Assembly: GCA_963677485.1 (NCBI GenBank)
Contig: OY781964.1
Coordinates: 128,001 to 192,000 of the forward strand
DNA: 64,000 bases
Origin: Armatimonadota bacterium
Lineage (GTDB): Bacteria > Armatimonadota > HRBIN16
Direction of reading: 5' to 3'
Shown: piece by piece, positions 28,377-39,046 of the stretch
How positions within the stretch are numbered: position 1 is the first letter of the stretch
How the letters are laid out: the number at the start of each line of letters is the position of its first letter
Notes under the pieces: model-generated
What the model saw: the letters and a program-made list of their open reading frames with translations, nothing else
What the model was told of the DNA's origin: nothing
Databases searched by the model: none
Made by a program: the position numbers and the translations under genes

Positions 28377-29369
28377 ATGAATTCGACGAAAAGCACTCTG
28401 TGGCTTGTCGCCGGGGTATCGTTAACCGCCGCTTTGCTGGCCGGTTGCGGCTCGAAGAACGTAGGCACCATTAACGGGAACAAAATCAGCGTAGAAACCT
28501 ATCTTAAGCAACTGGATATGATGTCTGTGCCGATTGGCGTCAACCCCAACACCAACCAGCCCATCACAGCACCTGCCGGTTTCGTTGCAGTCAGTGCCTT
28601 AGTTGATAGACAAATCATCATGGATATGGCCAAAAAGGAAGGTGTCCTTCCCTCAAAAGATGATGTCAATAAAGAGTACAACCGCCAGTCGAAGAAGGCT
28701 ACATTCACCGACAATATGAAGAAGATGAACTTCACACCTGATGATGTCAAGGACTCTTTGACGTATGAGCTGGCCAAGTTCAACCTGCGGACTAAGGGTA
28801 TCAAGGTACCTGATGATGAAGTCAAACGAATTTATGAGCAAAACATACAGCAGCGGTTCACAGAACCAGAGCAGGTAAAGCTGTCTGTTATACAAACCAA
28901 AACCAAGGCGGATGCTGATAAAGCATACCAAACCATAAACAAAGGCGAATCTTTTGAAGCGGTCGCGATGAATGTCTCGACTAACGCATTCCGATCCCAA
29001 GGTGGACGCATACCCAACTGGGTGCCCATTCAAGGTATCGGACCTGAGGTTGAACCGCTGATTAAGAATAGCAAACTGAATGAAGCGCTCAAGCCTATCG
29101 CGTTGAAAAACGCCAGTGGAAACTCAGCATGGGTCATCATTAAAGTGACCGACCGTAAGCCACTTAGGGTCATCCCCTTTAGTGAAGTCAAGGATGATCT
29201 TACCACAGCCATCAAGCTAAGTAAGAGCACTCGTGACCTGAATAAGGAGATGAACACCCTTCGCGAAAAGGCCGTCGTGAAGCTGAACAACACCGCCATT
29301 GAAACACAATGGAAAGATAGTATCAAAGCTCTCACCGAGAACGCCAAGAACATGGCGAAGCCTAAATAG
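28377..29369 (+). CDS. PrsA/SurA-like foldase lipoprotein (parvulin-type PPIase)
   Basis: Lipobox LLAGC, VGTINGNKI, PEQVKLSVI, GESFEAVA..VST...SQGG, PFSEVK. Confidence 0.8.
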   Translation: MNSTKSTLWLVAGVSLTAALLAGCGSKNVGTINGNKISVETYLKQLDMMSVPIGVNPNTNQPITAPAGFVAVSALVDRQIIMDMAKKEGVLPSKDDVNKEYNRQSKKATFTDNMKKMNFTPDDVKDSLTYELAKFNLRTKGIKVPDDEVKRIYEQNIQQRFTEPEQVKLSVIQTKTKADADKAYQTINKGESFEAVAMNVSTNAFRSQGGRIPNWVPIQGIGPEVEPLIKNSKLNEALKPIALKNASGNSAWVIIKVTDRKPLRVIPFSEVKDDLTTAIKLSKSTRDLNKEMNTLREKAVVKLNNTAIETQWKDSIKALTENAKNMAKPK

Positions 29370-29388
29370 GTTGCTTCCTCACCTGAGT

Positions 29389-29427
29389 AAACTCCCCCTT
29401 GGCCTATGCCGAGGGGGAGTTTTGTTT
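29389..29427 (+). terminator. Rho-independent terminator
   Basis: aaactcccccttggc-ctat-gccgagggggagttt followed by tgttt. Confidence 0.85.
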
Positions 29428-29572
29428 GCGGGATGATATCGAGCGTTCAGGGAGTTTCGATATCTACAAACAAGCACCTGCCCGTGCAGGCACAGCAGCC
29501 TGTAACTCACGCGTTGTCCTGAGGCGGCATATAGATGCGCGATGTATCGTTCGCATCTAATTCAGCCAACCG

Positions 29573-29740
29573 TTGCCTAAGTCCGGGGCGGTCTGTAAGT
29601 AGGCTAGCGGATACAGAAGGCTCAAGACCGCGCCGGTCTGGCGGATAGCCATCAAAGATTGGTGTCGGGAAAAAGACCGGCGCGGTCTATAGACAGTGGC
29701 CTTCGCAGGCATACTGACAGACCGCACCGGACATAGGCAA
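29573..29740. repeat. 168-bp nested inverted-repeat element (MITE/REPIN-like), partial second copy near 61913-62010
   Basis: Terminal IR ttgcctaagtccggggcggtctgt / acagaccgcaccggacataggcaa (22/24); inner IR agaccgcgccggtct / agaccggcgcggtct. Confidence 0.75.
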
Positions 29741-29820
29741 TCATGTTACCTACATGGAAACCACACGATATCCTGTTCAGTTTACGACCTGAGATACTTG
29801 AGATACTATCGTGGCACCTA

Positions 29821-30786
29821 CTAGGCGGTTTCGCTGTCCAGGTTCAATGCATCTATCACCGCTTGGAAGTCCTGGGGAGGTGCGGATTCAAACCTCAGCG
29901 GCTCATTCGTGATAGGGTGATCGAAAGCCAGGCTCCAGGCATGCAATGCTTGCCCCTGTAAGCCCCGTAGAGCCGCTCGTATACGTGGGGGCACAGTTTG
30001 CACCCTGTCTTCCGCTCCATACACCGTATCGCCTAAAACTGGATGATGTGCAAAAGCGCAGTGAACTCTCACCTGATGCGTCCGTCCGGTGTGCAGTTTC
30101 GCCTCTAGCAGGCTGCACATGCCCCAGCTCTGCCGCAGCATCAACTCAGTGGTGGCATCTTTGCTGCGAGGCATATCGGGCCTGACCGCCATCTTGGTGG
30201 GATCACCCTGATCGCGCCCCAACGCAGCGTCTACCATGGCGTGGTTCCAGGCAGGGCTTCCCCATACCAGAGCCAGATACCGCCGTTCTACCACCCGGCG
30301 GGAAATCATATCTACGAGCTTGTAGTGCGCCTCATCGGTGCGAGCCACCATGATCAATCCTGTCGTATCCTTGTCCAGCCGATGGACGATACCTGGCCGC
30401 AGCGGCAATCCCACAGAGGACACATGACCATAGTGCCACAGCAGTGCATTCACCAGCGTGCCATTCCAGGAGCCAGGAGCCGGATGGGTCACCATCCCCC
30501 TAGGCTTGAGGATCACCGCTAGATGCTCATCTTCGTAGACAATCTCCAGAGGGATATCCTCAGGAACGGCCGTGCTGGGTAGTGGGTCAGGGCATTCAAA
30601 CTCCAAAACATCACCCTCAACCACCTTGATGCGAGGCTTCACCACCTCACCATTTAACAAAACGCTCTTCGCATCAAACAGCTTCCCCGCCTGCGAGCGG
30701 GTCAAGCCATCGGCCACAGCTGCCACCACCACATCGACACGCTGCCCCTCATATTCGGATCCGATATCAAGCCGTATCCTTTGCAT
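29821..30786 (-). CDS. rluD: RluA/RluD family pseudouridine synthase
   Basis: S4-like N-terminus, IVYEDEH, KPRGMVTHP, RPGIVHRLDKDTTG, TGRTHQVRVH, QALHA. Start at ATG 30786. Confidence 0.9.
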   Translation of the reverse strand: MQRIRLDIGSEYEGQRVDVVVAAVADGLTRSQAGKLFDAKSVLLNGEVVKPRIKVVEGDVLEFECPDPLPSTAVPEDIPLEIVYEDEHLAVILKPRGMVTHPAPGSWNGTLVNALLWHYGHVSSVGLPLRPGIVHRLDKDTTGLIMVARTDEAHYKLVDMISRRVVERRYLALVWGSPAWNHAMVDAALGRDQGDPTKMAVRPDMPRSKDATTELMLRQSWGMCSLLEAKLHTGRTHQVRVHCAFAHHPVLGDTVYGAEDRVQTVPPRIRAALRGLQGQALHAWSLAFDHPITNEPLRFESAPPQDFQAVIDALNLDSETA

Positions 30787-31534
30787 TTTTACTCCCAGTC
30801 CAACGACGGACACACAGATACCCAAAAACCACGACCATTACTATGCTCAGCCACTGAGCTTGTGTCAGATTGTCCCATATGATGACTGCGGAAGCACCTG
30901 CCCGCCAAAACTCTATGATGAACCTGTAGGCTGCATATAGACTTAAGAAGAGGTAAAACAAAACTCCGCTGTTTGGTTTTGTTTTTTGTAGACGCCATAA
31001 CACCGCAGCAATAAGAAAACCAGACAGGCTGCTGTATATCTGGGTCGGAATATGGTAACCATCAACGCCCTCAAAGCGGAAACCCCACTTGGGACTGCAC
31101 ATTGTGCCGAAGCAGCATCCATTCAAGAAACATCCGATCCGGCCGATTCCATACCCCAATGCGAAACCAGGTGCGCAACAGTCTACAAATGAGTAAAATG
31201 AAATTTTCTTCTGCCGGCAAAACAAGGCGACCGCTAAAATAGCACCAGCCAAGGCGCCATGGAAGCTCAATCCGCCTTCCCACACGCGCCACGCACTGGC
31301 GGGAGCGATGGCGAACTCACTGGTCCAGTTCAGAGCCACATACAACAGCCGCGCACCGATCAGTGCCAACAATACACCCAAAGTAACGCAATCGACCACA
31401 GCATCTGGGTCAATACCGTATTGTGGGGCCGCTTTACGGAACATAAGGGTGCTGACCACAATCGCTAGCACGATCATCACGCCATAAGAGTGTATGGTCC
31501 AGGATCCGATATGGAAGAGGTCAGGATGCATCAC
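30767..31534 (-). CDS. lgt: Prolipoprotein diacylglyceryl transferase
   Basis: SYGVM, GARLLYV, WEGGLSFHG, GRIGCFLNGCCFG, PTQIY, RFIIEFWR. Confidence 0.95.
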   Translation of the reverse strand: MMHPDLFHIGSWTIHSYGVMIVLAIVVSTLMFRKAAPQYGIDPDAVVDCVTLGVLLALIGARLLYVALNWTSEFAIAPASAWRVWEGGLSFHGALAGAILAVALFCRQKKISFYSFVDCCAPGFALGYGIGRIGCFLNGCCFGTMCSPKWGFRFEGVDGYHIPTQIYSSLSGFLIAAVLWRLQKTKPNSGVLFYLFLSLYAAYRFIIEFWRAGASAVIIWDNLTQAQWLSIVMVVVFGYLCVRRWTGSKNAKDTA

Positions 31535-31673
31535 TCTCTCCTTAATGGCAACTCAAGATGTTGTCTATACGTCAACTCACACCGTGATGTCGCGCCTGAA
31601 TATACGAACAGTGATATGTGGGCGGTCAGCCTGTGAGTAGGCGCCCGCCCATAGTTTCCGGGGAAGCATCTGG

Positions 31674-32663
31674 CTAGCCGATCTTCATCATCTTTCGAAC
31701 ACTCTGCATCGTGTCGTTGGCAACAACCCGTGCGCGCGCCGCCCCATCTTTCAAGATGGCGTCCAGTTCATCAGGATTCGATATCAGCTCATTCCGGCGG
31801 GCTCGCAGCGGCTCAAGTTGAATGTTGATGCGTTCGCAGAGCTGCTTTTTACAGGCCACGCATCCGCGAGTACCGGCGCAGCATTCGCTTTCGACGATAT
31901 CGACATCAGGGCTATAAGCCTGATGCAGTGCAAACACCGTGCAACCTTCAGGATGACCAGGGTCGTCTTTACGTATTTTCAATGGATCGGTGTAGGCGTT
32001 GCGAATCTTGGCCCAGACCGTGTCCGCATCGTCCGACAAGTAGATCGCATTATCGTAAGATTTGCTCATCTTGCGGCCGTCAAGCCCCGGCAGCTTTTTC
32101 ACGCGCTGCACTATCGCCACAGGCTCAGGGAACAGTTCACCATAGGTATGGTTCCAACGGCGGCCTATCTCACGAGTTAGCTCCAGGTGGGGTAATTGGT
32201 CTTCGCCAACCGGAACCGCATCGGCTCGGTACATCAAGATGTCAGACGCCATCAGCACCGGATAACCAAGCAGACCATAGCTGACACTGTCTTCGAGGCC
32301 CAGGTTCTCTCTCTTTTCCTTGAAAGAGGGTACACGCTCCAGCCAGCCCAGGCTCGTGATCATACTCAGCATCAGGTGCAGCTCAGCATGTTCGGGCACG
32401 TCGCTTTGGACGAAGACGGTCGAACGCACAGGGTCTATCCCAGCAGCGATGAAATCCGCCGCGACCTGCCGTGTGTTCGGAATGATCTGATCGGTCCGAT
32501 CCTGCATCGTGGTGAGGCAATGCCAGTTGGCGATGAAAAAATAGGATTCATAGTCATTTTGTAGTTGAACCCAGTTCTTCAGTACCTCGTAGTTACCAAG
32601 GTGCAGGATTCCCGTCGGCTGCATCCCGCTAAGCAGTCTTTTCTGTGCCATTACGTCTATCAT
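31674..32663 (-). CDS. trpS: Tryptophan--tRNA ligase
   Basis: SGMQPTG.LHLGNY, YPVLMASDIL, VPVGEDQ, KMSKS. Confidence 0.97.
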   Translation of the reverse strand: MIDVMAQKRLLSGMQPTGILHLGNYEVLKNWVQLQNDYESYFFIANWHCLTTMQDRTDQIIPNTRQVAADFIAAGIDPVRSTVFVQSDVPEHAELHLMLSMITSLGWLERVPSFKEKRENLGLEDSVSYGLLGYPVLMASDILMYRADAVPVGEDQLPHLELTREIGRRWNHTYGELFPEPVAIVQRVKKLPGLDGRKMSKSYDNAIYLSDDADTVWAKIRNAYTDPLKIRKDDPGHPEGCTVFALHQAYSPDVDIVESECCAGTRGCVACKKQLCERINIQLEPLRARRNELISNPDELDAILKDGAARARVVANDTMQSVRKMMKIG

Positions 32664-32907
32664 CTCCCATACACAATTGAATGCCCATAAAAGAGCACCT
32701 CTATATTATGCCATCTTACAAATTACTGTAGTGGGAGCATCTCCGCGCCGCATCTCACGGACTAAATTCACAATTGATAATGAGGCTAAAATCTGCATAT
32801 TGACATGACCCAACTCGTGCGTTAGACTGTCACAAGCACAACCGATTCACGCAATCAAAACGGATATGGGACGCGTTCTGAGCGCCCACTCCATACAGAG
32901 GGATAAT

Positions 32908-35388
32908 ATGACATTCATTCAGATATTCGTGCTGTTAGTGGTTTCTGCATTCGTGACATCATCTTGCCGGTGCGCCGCAGATGAGCGTCCAGTGACGAAA
33001 GACTGGATGCAGAAAGCCTTTCTAGCACAGCCAACCACGGCGCCGAAGCATCCGGGACTTGAACTCCTCCGCCAGGACTATGACAAACTGGGTTTCGGCA
33101 CCACTTGCGTGGCGGCACCAATAGTGTTGGGCAAAAAAAGCTACAAGCACGGATTAGGAACTCACGCTAACAGCGAAATTGTGGTGAGATTGCCCAAGCC
33201 AGGCACGGAATTCCAGGCTGAAGTCGGAGTAGATAATGGATGGCCGGGCAGTGTGTGCTTTGCTGTCGATGTAAATGGCAAAGAGATATTCAAGTCGGAT
33301 GTCTTAGAGGCTGATGGTGCTCCAGTACCGGTTCGATGCGATCTGCACGGTGTGAGCGAATTCACGATTCGCGTGACCGATGGCGGCGATGGCCCCAGCA
33401 GCGACCATGCAAGCTGGGCGGATGCTCGAGTGACGCTAGCCGACGGAAAGCAGATTTGGCTCGACGAATTGCCGCGTCAAGTTCCCTATATGGGGCTATC
33501 GACCGACATCCCGTTCTCGTTCAACTACGATGGGAAGCCGTCATCCTCATTCCTTTCGTCTTGGACGCGGTCGGAGACGAAATCCAAATCAGCAGACGGT
33601 AAAGAGAGCTGGAGCATCACATATACCGATCCTGACACCGGCTTGGAAGTGATCTGCGATGCCATTCAATACACAGACTACCCGGCGGTCGAATGGGTCA
33701 TGCACTTCCGCAATACGGGCTCGGTGGACACTCCCATCATCGATAGTGTCCGGCCGTTGAATTTGGGCGTCAACACCACGAACAGCTCCCCTGTGGTGCT
33801 CCACCATTCCAAGGGCAGCACCTGCAGCTCTACTGATTTCCTTCCAGTGAATGAAAGCATCGACCTCGGCGCCACGATCAACATCGAGCCAGGCGGTGGA
33901 CGCTCATCCGACAGTGCCCTCCCCTTCTTCAACCTCGAATGGGATGGAGGCGGAGTGGTCGGTGCCATCGGATGGTCAGGGCAATGGGCCATGAGCTTAA
34001 CCCGCGCTCAAGACGGCAAAATGAACCTGCAGGCAGGACAGAAGACAACCCACCTCAGACTGCACCCGGGCGAGAGCATTCGCACGCCGCGCATCTTGCT
34101 GGTGATGTGGCAGGGGAAGGATGCCATGCGTGGTCATAACCTGCTGAGACGGCTGCTATTGGCCCATTACGTACCAAAACAAGACGGGCAGATTGCAGTC
34201 GCCCCCACCACCTGGAACTCGTGGTTCAGCTTCGATGGTGGGAACAGCGTGGATGAGGCGAATCAACTTGACTGGATCAAACGCACGGCCAAAACAGGCA
34301 TGGAGTGCTACTGGCTCGATGCAGGCTGGTTTGAAGGCGGATGGCCAGCCGGTGCCGGAAGCTGGGTTCCTGATTCTAAGCGCTTCCCAAGGGGGCTCAG
34401 ACCATTAGGCGATGCGGCGCATAAAGAGGGCATGAAGTTTGTGCTTTGGCTGGAGCCGGAGCGTGTGAACCCAAACAGCCGGTTAGCCAAAGAACACCCT
34501 AAGTGGGTCATTCAAGATTGGGCCAAGAACAGTCAGCCAGGAGACGGTCTTCTCAACATAGGTGATCCTGTGGTGTACCGGTGGCTTACGGACTATCTGA
34601 CCAAGTGCTTTGCTGATTGGGGTGTCGATATCTACCGCATCGACTTCAATATCGCGCCGCTTGCGTTCTGGCAGTCAGCCGACACGCCGGACCGCCAGGG
34701 GATGACGGAAATCCGATATATCGAGGCACTATACTCGATGTGGGATGAGCTCATGAGAAGGCATCCTGGCTTGACTATCGATAACTGTGCGAGTGGTGGC
34801 AGACGCCTTGATCTGGAGACACTCAGCCGCAGCTATCCCTTGTGGAGAAGCGACATCCCATGCATGGGCAAGCAGCCGGTATGGGACCAGGTTCAGACAG
34901 CGGGTTTGAGTTTGTATGTTCCTCAACACACCACAGGCGTGTGGGCAATGGATCCATACACATATCGAAGCGCAGCCACAATGGGTGTGTCGATTTGCCC
35001 AGATCCCAGAGCGAAAGGCTATTCACTCGATCAGACAAAGCAGGCACTGGCTGAGGTAAAGAGGCTGCGCCTATACTACCTGGGCGACTATTACCCGATT
35101 TTCGACATCGGTTTGAGCGAACAGGGCTGGGCTGGCTGGCAGTTTGATAGGCCTGAGTTAGGCGGAGGGTTTGCCACTGTGCTGCGGCGGCCACAGTGTC
35201 CTTATGTCAGCGCAGATATCAAACTGCGTGGGCTTGAAGATAAGGCAGTTTATAAGGTCTCGTTCTATGAAACCTACAAACTCAAAACAGAACGGCAAAT
35301 GACCGGCATAGAACTGTCGAAGCTGCGCGTCACGATGGACACGGCCCCTGGCAGCCTGCTGATCGAGTATAAGAAGCTGAGCAAGTAA
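32908..35388 (+). CDS. Secreted GH36 alpha-galactosidase with NPCBM/NEW2 domain
   Basis: Signal peptide; NPCBM motifs HGLGTHANS...DGGDGPSSDHASWADA; GH36 motifs LDAGWF, FVLWLEPE, RIDFN, IDNCASGGRRLD. Confidence 0.88.
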   Translation: MTFIQIFVLLVVSAFVTSSCRCAADERPVTKDWMQKAFLAQPTTAPKHPGLELLRQDYDKLGFGTTCVAAPIVLGKKSYKHGLGTHANSEIVVRLPKPGTEFQAEVGVDNGWPGSVCFAVDVNGKEIFKSDVLEADGAPVPVRCDLHGVSEFTIRVTDGGDGPSSDHASWADARVTLADGKQIWLDELPRQVPYMGLSTDIPFSFNYDGKPSSSFLSSWTRSETKSKSADGKESWSITYTDPDTGLEVICDAIQYTDYPAVEWVMHFRNTGSVDTPIIDSVRPLNLGVNTTNSSPVVLHHSKGSTCSSTDFLPVNESIDLGATINIEPGGGRSSDSALPFFNLEWDGGGVVGAIGWSGQWAMSLTRAQDGKMNLQAGQKTTHLRLHPGESIRTPRILLVMWQGKDAMRGHNLLRRLLLAHYVPKQDGQIAVAPTTWNSWFSFDGGNSVDEANQLDWIKRTAKTGMECYWLDAGWFEGGWPAGAGSWVPDSKRFPRGLRPLGDAAHKEGMKFVLWLEPERVNPNSRLAKEHPKWVIQDWAKNSQPGDGLLNIGDPVVYRWLTDYLTKCFADWGVDIYRIDFNIAPLAFWQSADTPDRQGMTEIRYIEALYSMWDELMRRHPGLTIDNCASGGRRLDLETLSRSYPLWRSDIPCMGKQPVWDQVQTAGLSLYVPQHTTGVWAMDPYTYRSAATMGVSICPDPRAKGYSLDQTKQALAEVKRLRLYYLGDYYPIFDIGLSEQGWAGWQFDRPELGGGFATVLRRPQCPYVSADIKLRGLEDKAVYKVSFYETYKLKTERQMTGIELSKLRVTMDTAPGSLLIEYKKLSK

Positions 35389-35423
35389 CGGCATCATCCG
35401 TAATTAAGTATCGAAGTATCCCC

Positions 35424-35483
35424 TGTCTGGGGCAGTCTATCCGCATTCACGCGGTTATAGGTAACTATAAGCCGCCCCGGACA
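35424..35483. repeat. Short inverted repeat related to the ends of the 29573 element
   Basis: tgtctggggcagtc ... gccgccccggaca resembles gtccggggcggtct / agaccgcaccggac. Confidence 0.45.
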
Positions 35484-35561
35484 TACACAACCATATCGAC
35501 CACAAGGGATTCGTTCTGTGCATCTCGAACTATACAATAGTCACGATCTCAGGAGGAAACC

Positions 35562-37241
35562 ATGCTCGCGTTTCGTCACAGTATCAGTCTTCTGGCACTC
35601 AGCCTGCTTGCTGGCAGCGCCATGGCAAGGGATGTCATGCCCGACACATGGGTCGCCACCGATGGCGCCCAGCGCACTCTGCCCGGATATGCCCAGGCAG
35701 GCCCTGTCAGGTCCAACAAAACCGTCGGTATGTTTTACTTCAACTGGCACACACCCGGCATGCCTGGGCCATTCGACACGTCCAAAATCACCAAGGGTGA
35801 GCAGCAGTGGGGAGGCCCAGGGGCGTTTCACTGGTGGACAGAGCCTGAGATTGGGTATTACCAGACCGCCGATGAATGGGTGATCAAACGGCACTGCCGT
35901 CAACTCACCACGATGGGTGTGGATGTGATCGTGCTGGATGTCACCAACGCATTTGTCTACAAAGAGGCCTACATGGCTCTTTTCAAAGTGTTTACTGAGT
36001 TGCGGGCGAAAGGCGAATCGACCCCTCAAATCGCATTCATCGCCTGGGCAGGATCCGACAGGGTGGCGAAATCGCTATATGACGACCTCTACAGCAAGGG
36101 TCTTTACAAACCGCTCTGGTTCATGTGGAAGGGTAAGCCGTTAATGCTTGCCAACATGGAGAATATGCCAGAAGAGTACAAGCAGTTCTTCACCATGCGA
36201 GAGACCTGGGCATGGAACGGTGGCCAGCGTAAGGACTACTGGACCTGGCTGGATAACTACCCCCAAGGCGTCTGCTGGGATGAGCCTGGCGAAAAAGAGG
36301 AGCTGTCGGTCAGTGTGGGGCACCATGCCACCACCAACAAAGGGCGCAGTTTCCACAACGGCGTACAACCCTCACCAGATAAAGTCACGCCAGAACTGGC
36401 ACCCAACTATGATGAGCAGTGGAAGCGCGCCTTCGAGGTTGACCCCAAGTTCGTGTTCATCACCGGATTCAATGAGTGGATCGCCCAGCGGTTTATCAAC
36501 GATGGTAACACGCAGTTCCTGGGCAAGGCTGTCAAGGGCGAGAGCTTCTTTGTGGACAGCTACGACCGCGAATTCAACCGCGACATCGAGCCCATGAAGG
36601 GCGACTACACCGACAACACCCTCTACCAGACCATCGCCAAGGTGCGGCAATACAAAGGTGTCCGTCCCCTACCCCTTGCAGGTACTCTTAAGAGCATCAA
36701 AGTGGACGGTAAGCCGTCAGAGTGGGCTAACGTTAAGCCGGTCTTCCGCGACTGGATTGACGACACCGCCACCCGCGACAGTGTGGGATGCGGAGGTCTC
36801 AAATATATCAACAAAACTGGCCGCAACGACCTGATGGACTTCCAGGTCAGCCGCGATAACAAAAACATATACTTCCTGGCCCAAACCCGTGCGAATATCA
36901 CAGGCAAAGGCAACGGCAACTGGATGCTGTTGTTCATCGACGCAGACGCCAACTTCAAAACCGGCTGGATGGGTTATGACACCCTTGTCGATACTGGGGT
37001 GGTAAAGAAGTGGGACGGCACTCGGTTCAGTGCCTGCGGTAAAGCGGTTTATGCGGTGAAGGGCAACAGCTTGGAGCTGGCCATCCCGAAAGCCCTGCTC
37101 GGTTTAGGGAACAAGAAGAGCTTCACGCTGGACTTCAAATGGGCTGATAACATCCAAAAGATCGGCAGTGTTGAGGAGTTCTTCAATAACGGTGATGTCG
37201 CTCCCGACCGCCGCTTCAACTACAGATATCAGGTGAATTAA
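35562..37241 (+). CDS. Secreted GH99/GH71-like glycoside hydrolase
   Basis: Signal peptide ending AMA; VGMFYFNWH, EPEIGYY, GVDVIVLD, GKPL, FITGFNEW; AGGAGG RBS. Confidence 0.65.
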   Translation: MLAFRHSISLLALSLLAGSAMARDVMPDTWVATDGAQRTLPGYAQAGPVRSNKTVGMFYFNWHTPGMPGPFDTSKITKGEQQWGGPGAFHWWTEPEIGYYQTADEWVIKRHCRQLTTMGVDVIVLDVTNAFVYKEAYMALFKVFTELRAKGESTPQIAFIAWAGSDRVAKSLYDDLYSKGLYKPLWFMWKGKPLMLANMENMPEEYKQFFTMRETWAWNGGQRKDYWTWLDNYPQGVCWDEPGEKEELSVSVGHHATTNKGRSFHNGVQPSPDKVTPELAPNYDEQWKRAFEVDPKFVFITGFNEWIAQRFINDGNTQFLGKAVKGESFFVDSYDREFNRDIEPMKGDYTDNTLYQTIAKVRQYKGVRPLPLAGTLKSIKVDGKPSEWANVKPVFRDWIDDTATRDSVGCGGLKYINKTGRNDLMDFQVSRDNKNIYFLAQTRANITGKGNGNWMLLFIDADANFKTGWMGYDTLVDTGVVKKWDGTRFSACGKAVYAVKGNSLELAIPKALLGLGNKKSFTLDFKWADNIQKIGSVEEFFNNGDVAPDRRFNYRYQVN

Positions 37242-37243
37242 CC

Positions 37244-38959
37244 ATGAGAAACACCGCAGTAATCTCAGCCATCGCCTGTATGGCCTTCAGCGTAGGCTGC
37301 CTGGCGGCACTACCCGGCACACGTGACCTTTACGCTGACACATGGGTCGCCACAGACGGCATCGGTCGAACACTACCCACGGCTCCCGAGGTGCGGGTAC
37401 CTCAGGAGCACAAGACGGTCGGCATGTTTTACTTCCTCTGGCACAACGAAAACATGCCTGGCCCCTGGGACATTTCGAAAATCAACAAGGGCACTCGAAC
37501 CTGGGGCGGTATGAACGGGTTCCATCACTGGTCGGAACCAGAAGTCGGCTACTATATCTCCACAGACCCTTGGGTCTACCGTCGACATGTGCGCATGTTA
37601 AGCGATATGGGCGTGGATGTGCTCTTCATGGACGCCACCAACGCGGCTACCTATGAAACCCACTACAAGATACTGCTCGGTGTCATGCAGGAGATGCGCA
37701 AAGATGGCGAGAAGGTTCCTCAGATCGCATTCATCACCTGGAGCAGTTCGGGTAATACCACCGACCGCCTGATGAAGGCGTTGTATACACCAGGGCTCTA
37801 CAAGGATTTCTGGTTCATCTACAAAGGTAAGCCGTTGATCCTGGGTAAAGCCGAGGAGATGTCCAAAGAGGCATTGGACTTCTTCACCGTCCGGGCCGCC
37901 TGGGCTTTCGATGGCGGTAAGGCCAAGGATTATTGGACCTGGATTGACCACTACCCCCAAGGTGTGGCGTGGGATCAGCCTGGTGACAAAGAAGAGGTCA
38001 GTGTTTCTGTAGGCGGCCACCCGCATGAGAACCGAGGACGCAGCCTGGAAAGCGAGAAGCAGCCTCCGTATGAGAAGGTAACCCCAGAAAAAGGGCTGAT
38101 GTTCGCACAGATGTGGAAGCATGCACTTGACGTCGATCCTGACGTGATTTTCATCGATGGCTGGAATGAGTGGATCGCCCAACGCTTTGAGAACCAGGGA
38201 TATATGCTCTACGCAGGCCGACCAGCCAAAATCGGCGACCCCTTCTTTGTGGACACCTACGACCGCGAGTTTAACCGTGACATGGAGCCCATGAAAGGCG
38301 ACTACACCGATGCTACCTACTATGAGGGCGTCGCTGCGGTCCGTCAGTACAAAGGTGCCCGTCCCCTGCCCCTGGCAGGAGCACCGATGAGTATCAAGAT
38401 CGACGGGGATATGTCTGACTGGAAATCGGTGCAGCCAGAGTTTCGCGACCACGTGAAGGACACCGCCACGCGCAACAGCCAGGGATGGAACAAACTACAG
38501 TATGTCAACAACACCGGCCGCAACGACATCATGAACGCCAGGGTCTCGCGTGACAGCCAGAACCTTTATTTCATGGCGGAAACTTTCGGGCCGCTCAGCC
38601 CCAATTTCGGTCCAGATTGGATGCTGCTGTATGTCGATGCCGACAACGACCATTCCACTGGCTGGATGGGCTACGACTACATCGTGAACAGCGCGCAACT
38701 GGGCAGAGGTCTGGCTGAGGTCAGCAAGTGGGTCGGTCAAGGCTGGGTCAGATGCGGCCGCGCCAGTATCGCCACCAGCAGCAACTCGCTGGAGCTGTCG
38801 GTGCCGAAGTCGCTGTTGGGTCTAGCGGGTAACAGCAAGTTCACCATCGACTTCAAGTGGGCTGACAACATCCAGGACCGCACCAGCATCGAGAGCTTCT
38901 TCCTGAACGGCGACGTCGCCCCGGATCGCCGCTTCAACTACCGGTATCAAGTGAAATAG
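37244..38959 (+). CDS. Tandem paralog, secreted GH99/GH71-like glycoside hydrolase
   Basis: Collinear with the upstream gene (DTWVATDG, NEWIAQRF, YDREFNRD.EPMKGDYTD, NGDVAPDRRFNYRYQV). Confidence 0.65.
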   Translation: MRNTAVISAIACMAFSVGCLAALPGTRDLYADTWVATDGIGRTLPTAPEVRVPQEHKTVGMFYFLWHNENMPGPWDISKINKGTRTWGGMNGFHHWSEPEVGYYISTDPWVYRRHVRMLSDMGVDVLFMDATNAATYETHYKILLGVMQEMRKDGEKVPQIAFITWSSSGNTTDRLMKALYTPGLYKDFWFIYKGKPLILGKAEEMSKEALDFFTVRAAWAFDGGKAKDYWTWIDHYPQGVAWDQPGDKEEVSVSVGGHPHENRGRSLESEKQPPYEKVTPEKGLMFAQMWKHALDVDPDVIFIDGWNEWIAQRFENQGYMLYAGRPAKIGDPFFVDTYDREFNRDMEPMKGDYTDATYYEGVAAVRQYKGARPLPLAGAPMSIKIDGDMSDWKSVQPEFRDHVKDTATRNSQGWNKLQYVNNTGRNDIMNARVSRDSQNLYFMAETFGPLSPNFGPDWMLLYVDADNDHSTGWMGYDYIVNSAQLGRGLAEVSKWVGQGWVRCGRASIATSSNSLELSVPKSLLGLAGNSKFTIDFKWADNIQDRTSIESFFLNGDVAPDRRFNYRYQVK

Positions 38960-38981
38960 GCACCATACAAACCGTAAGTAA

Positions 38982-39014
38982 AACAGGGACTGGCCACTGC
39001 GGCTGGTCCCTGTT
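38982..39014. terminator. Hairpin between the GH99-like pair and GH38
   Basis: aacagggac...gtccctgtt inverted repeat. Confidence 0.5.
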
Positions 39015-39046
39015 CATGTATGTCAAACTGACTTCAGGAGCAGGTA

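Noticed and set aside
32664-32860. T-box leader for trpS
   Set aside because: No T-box consensus or terminator/antiterminator was seen.
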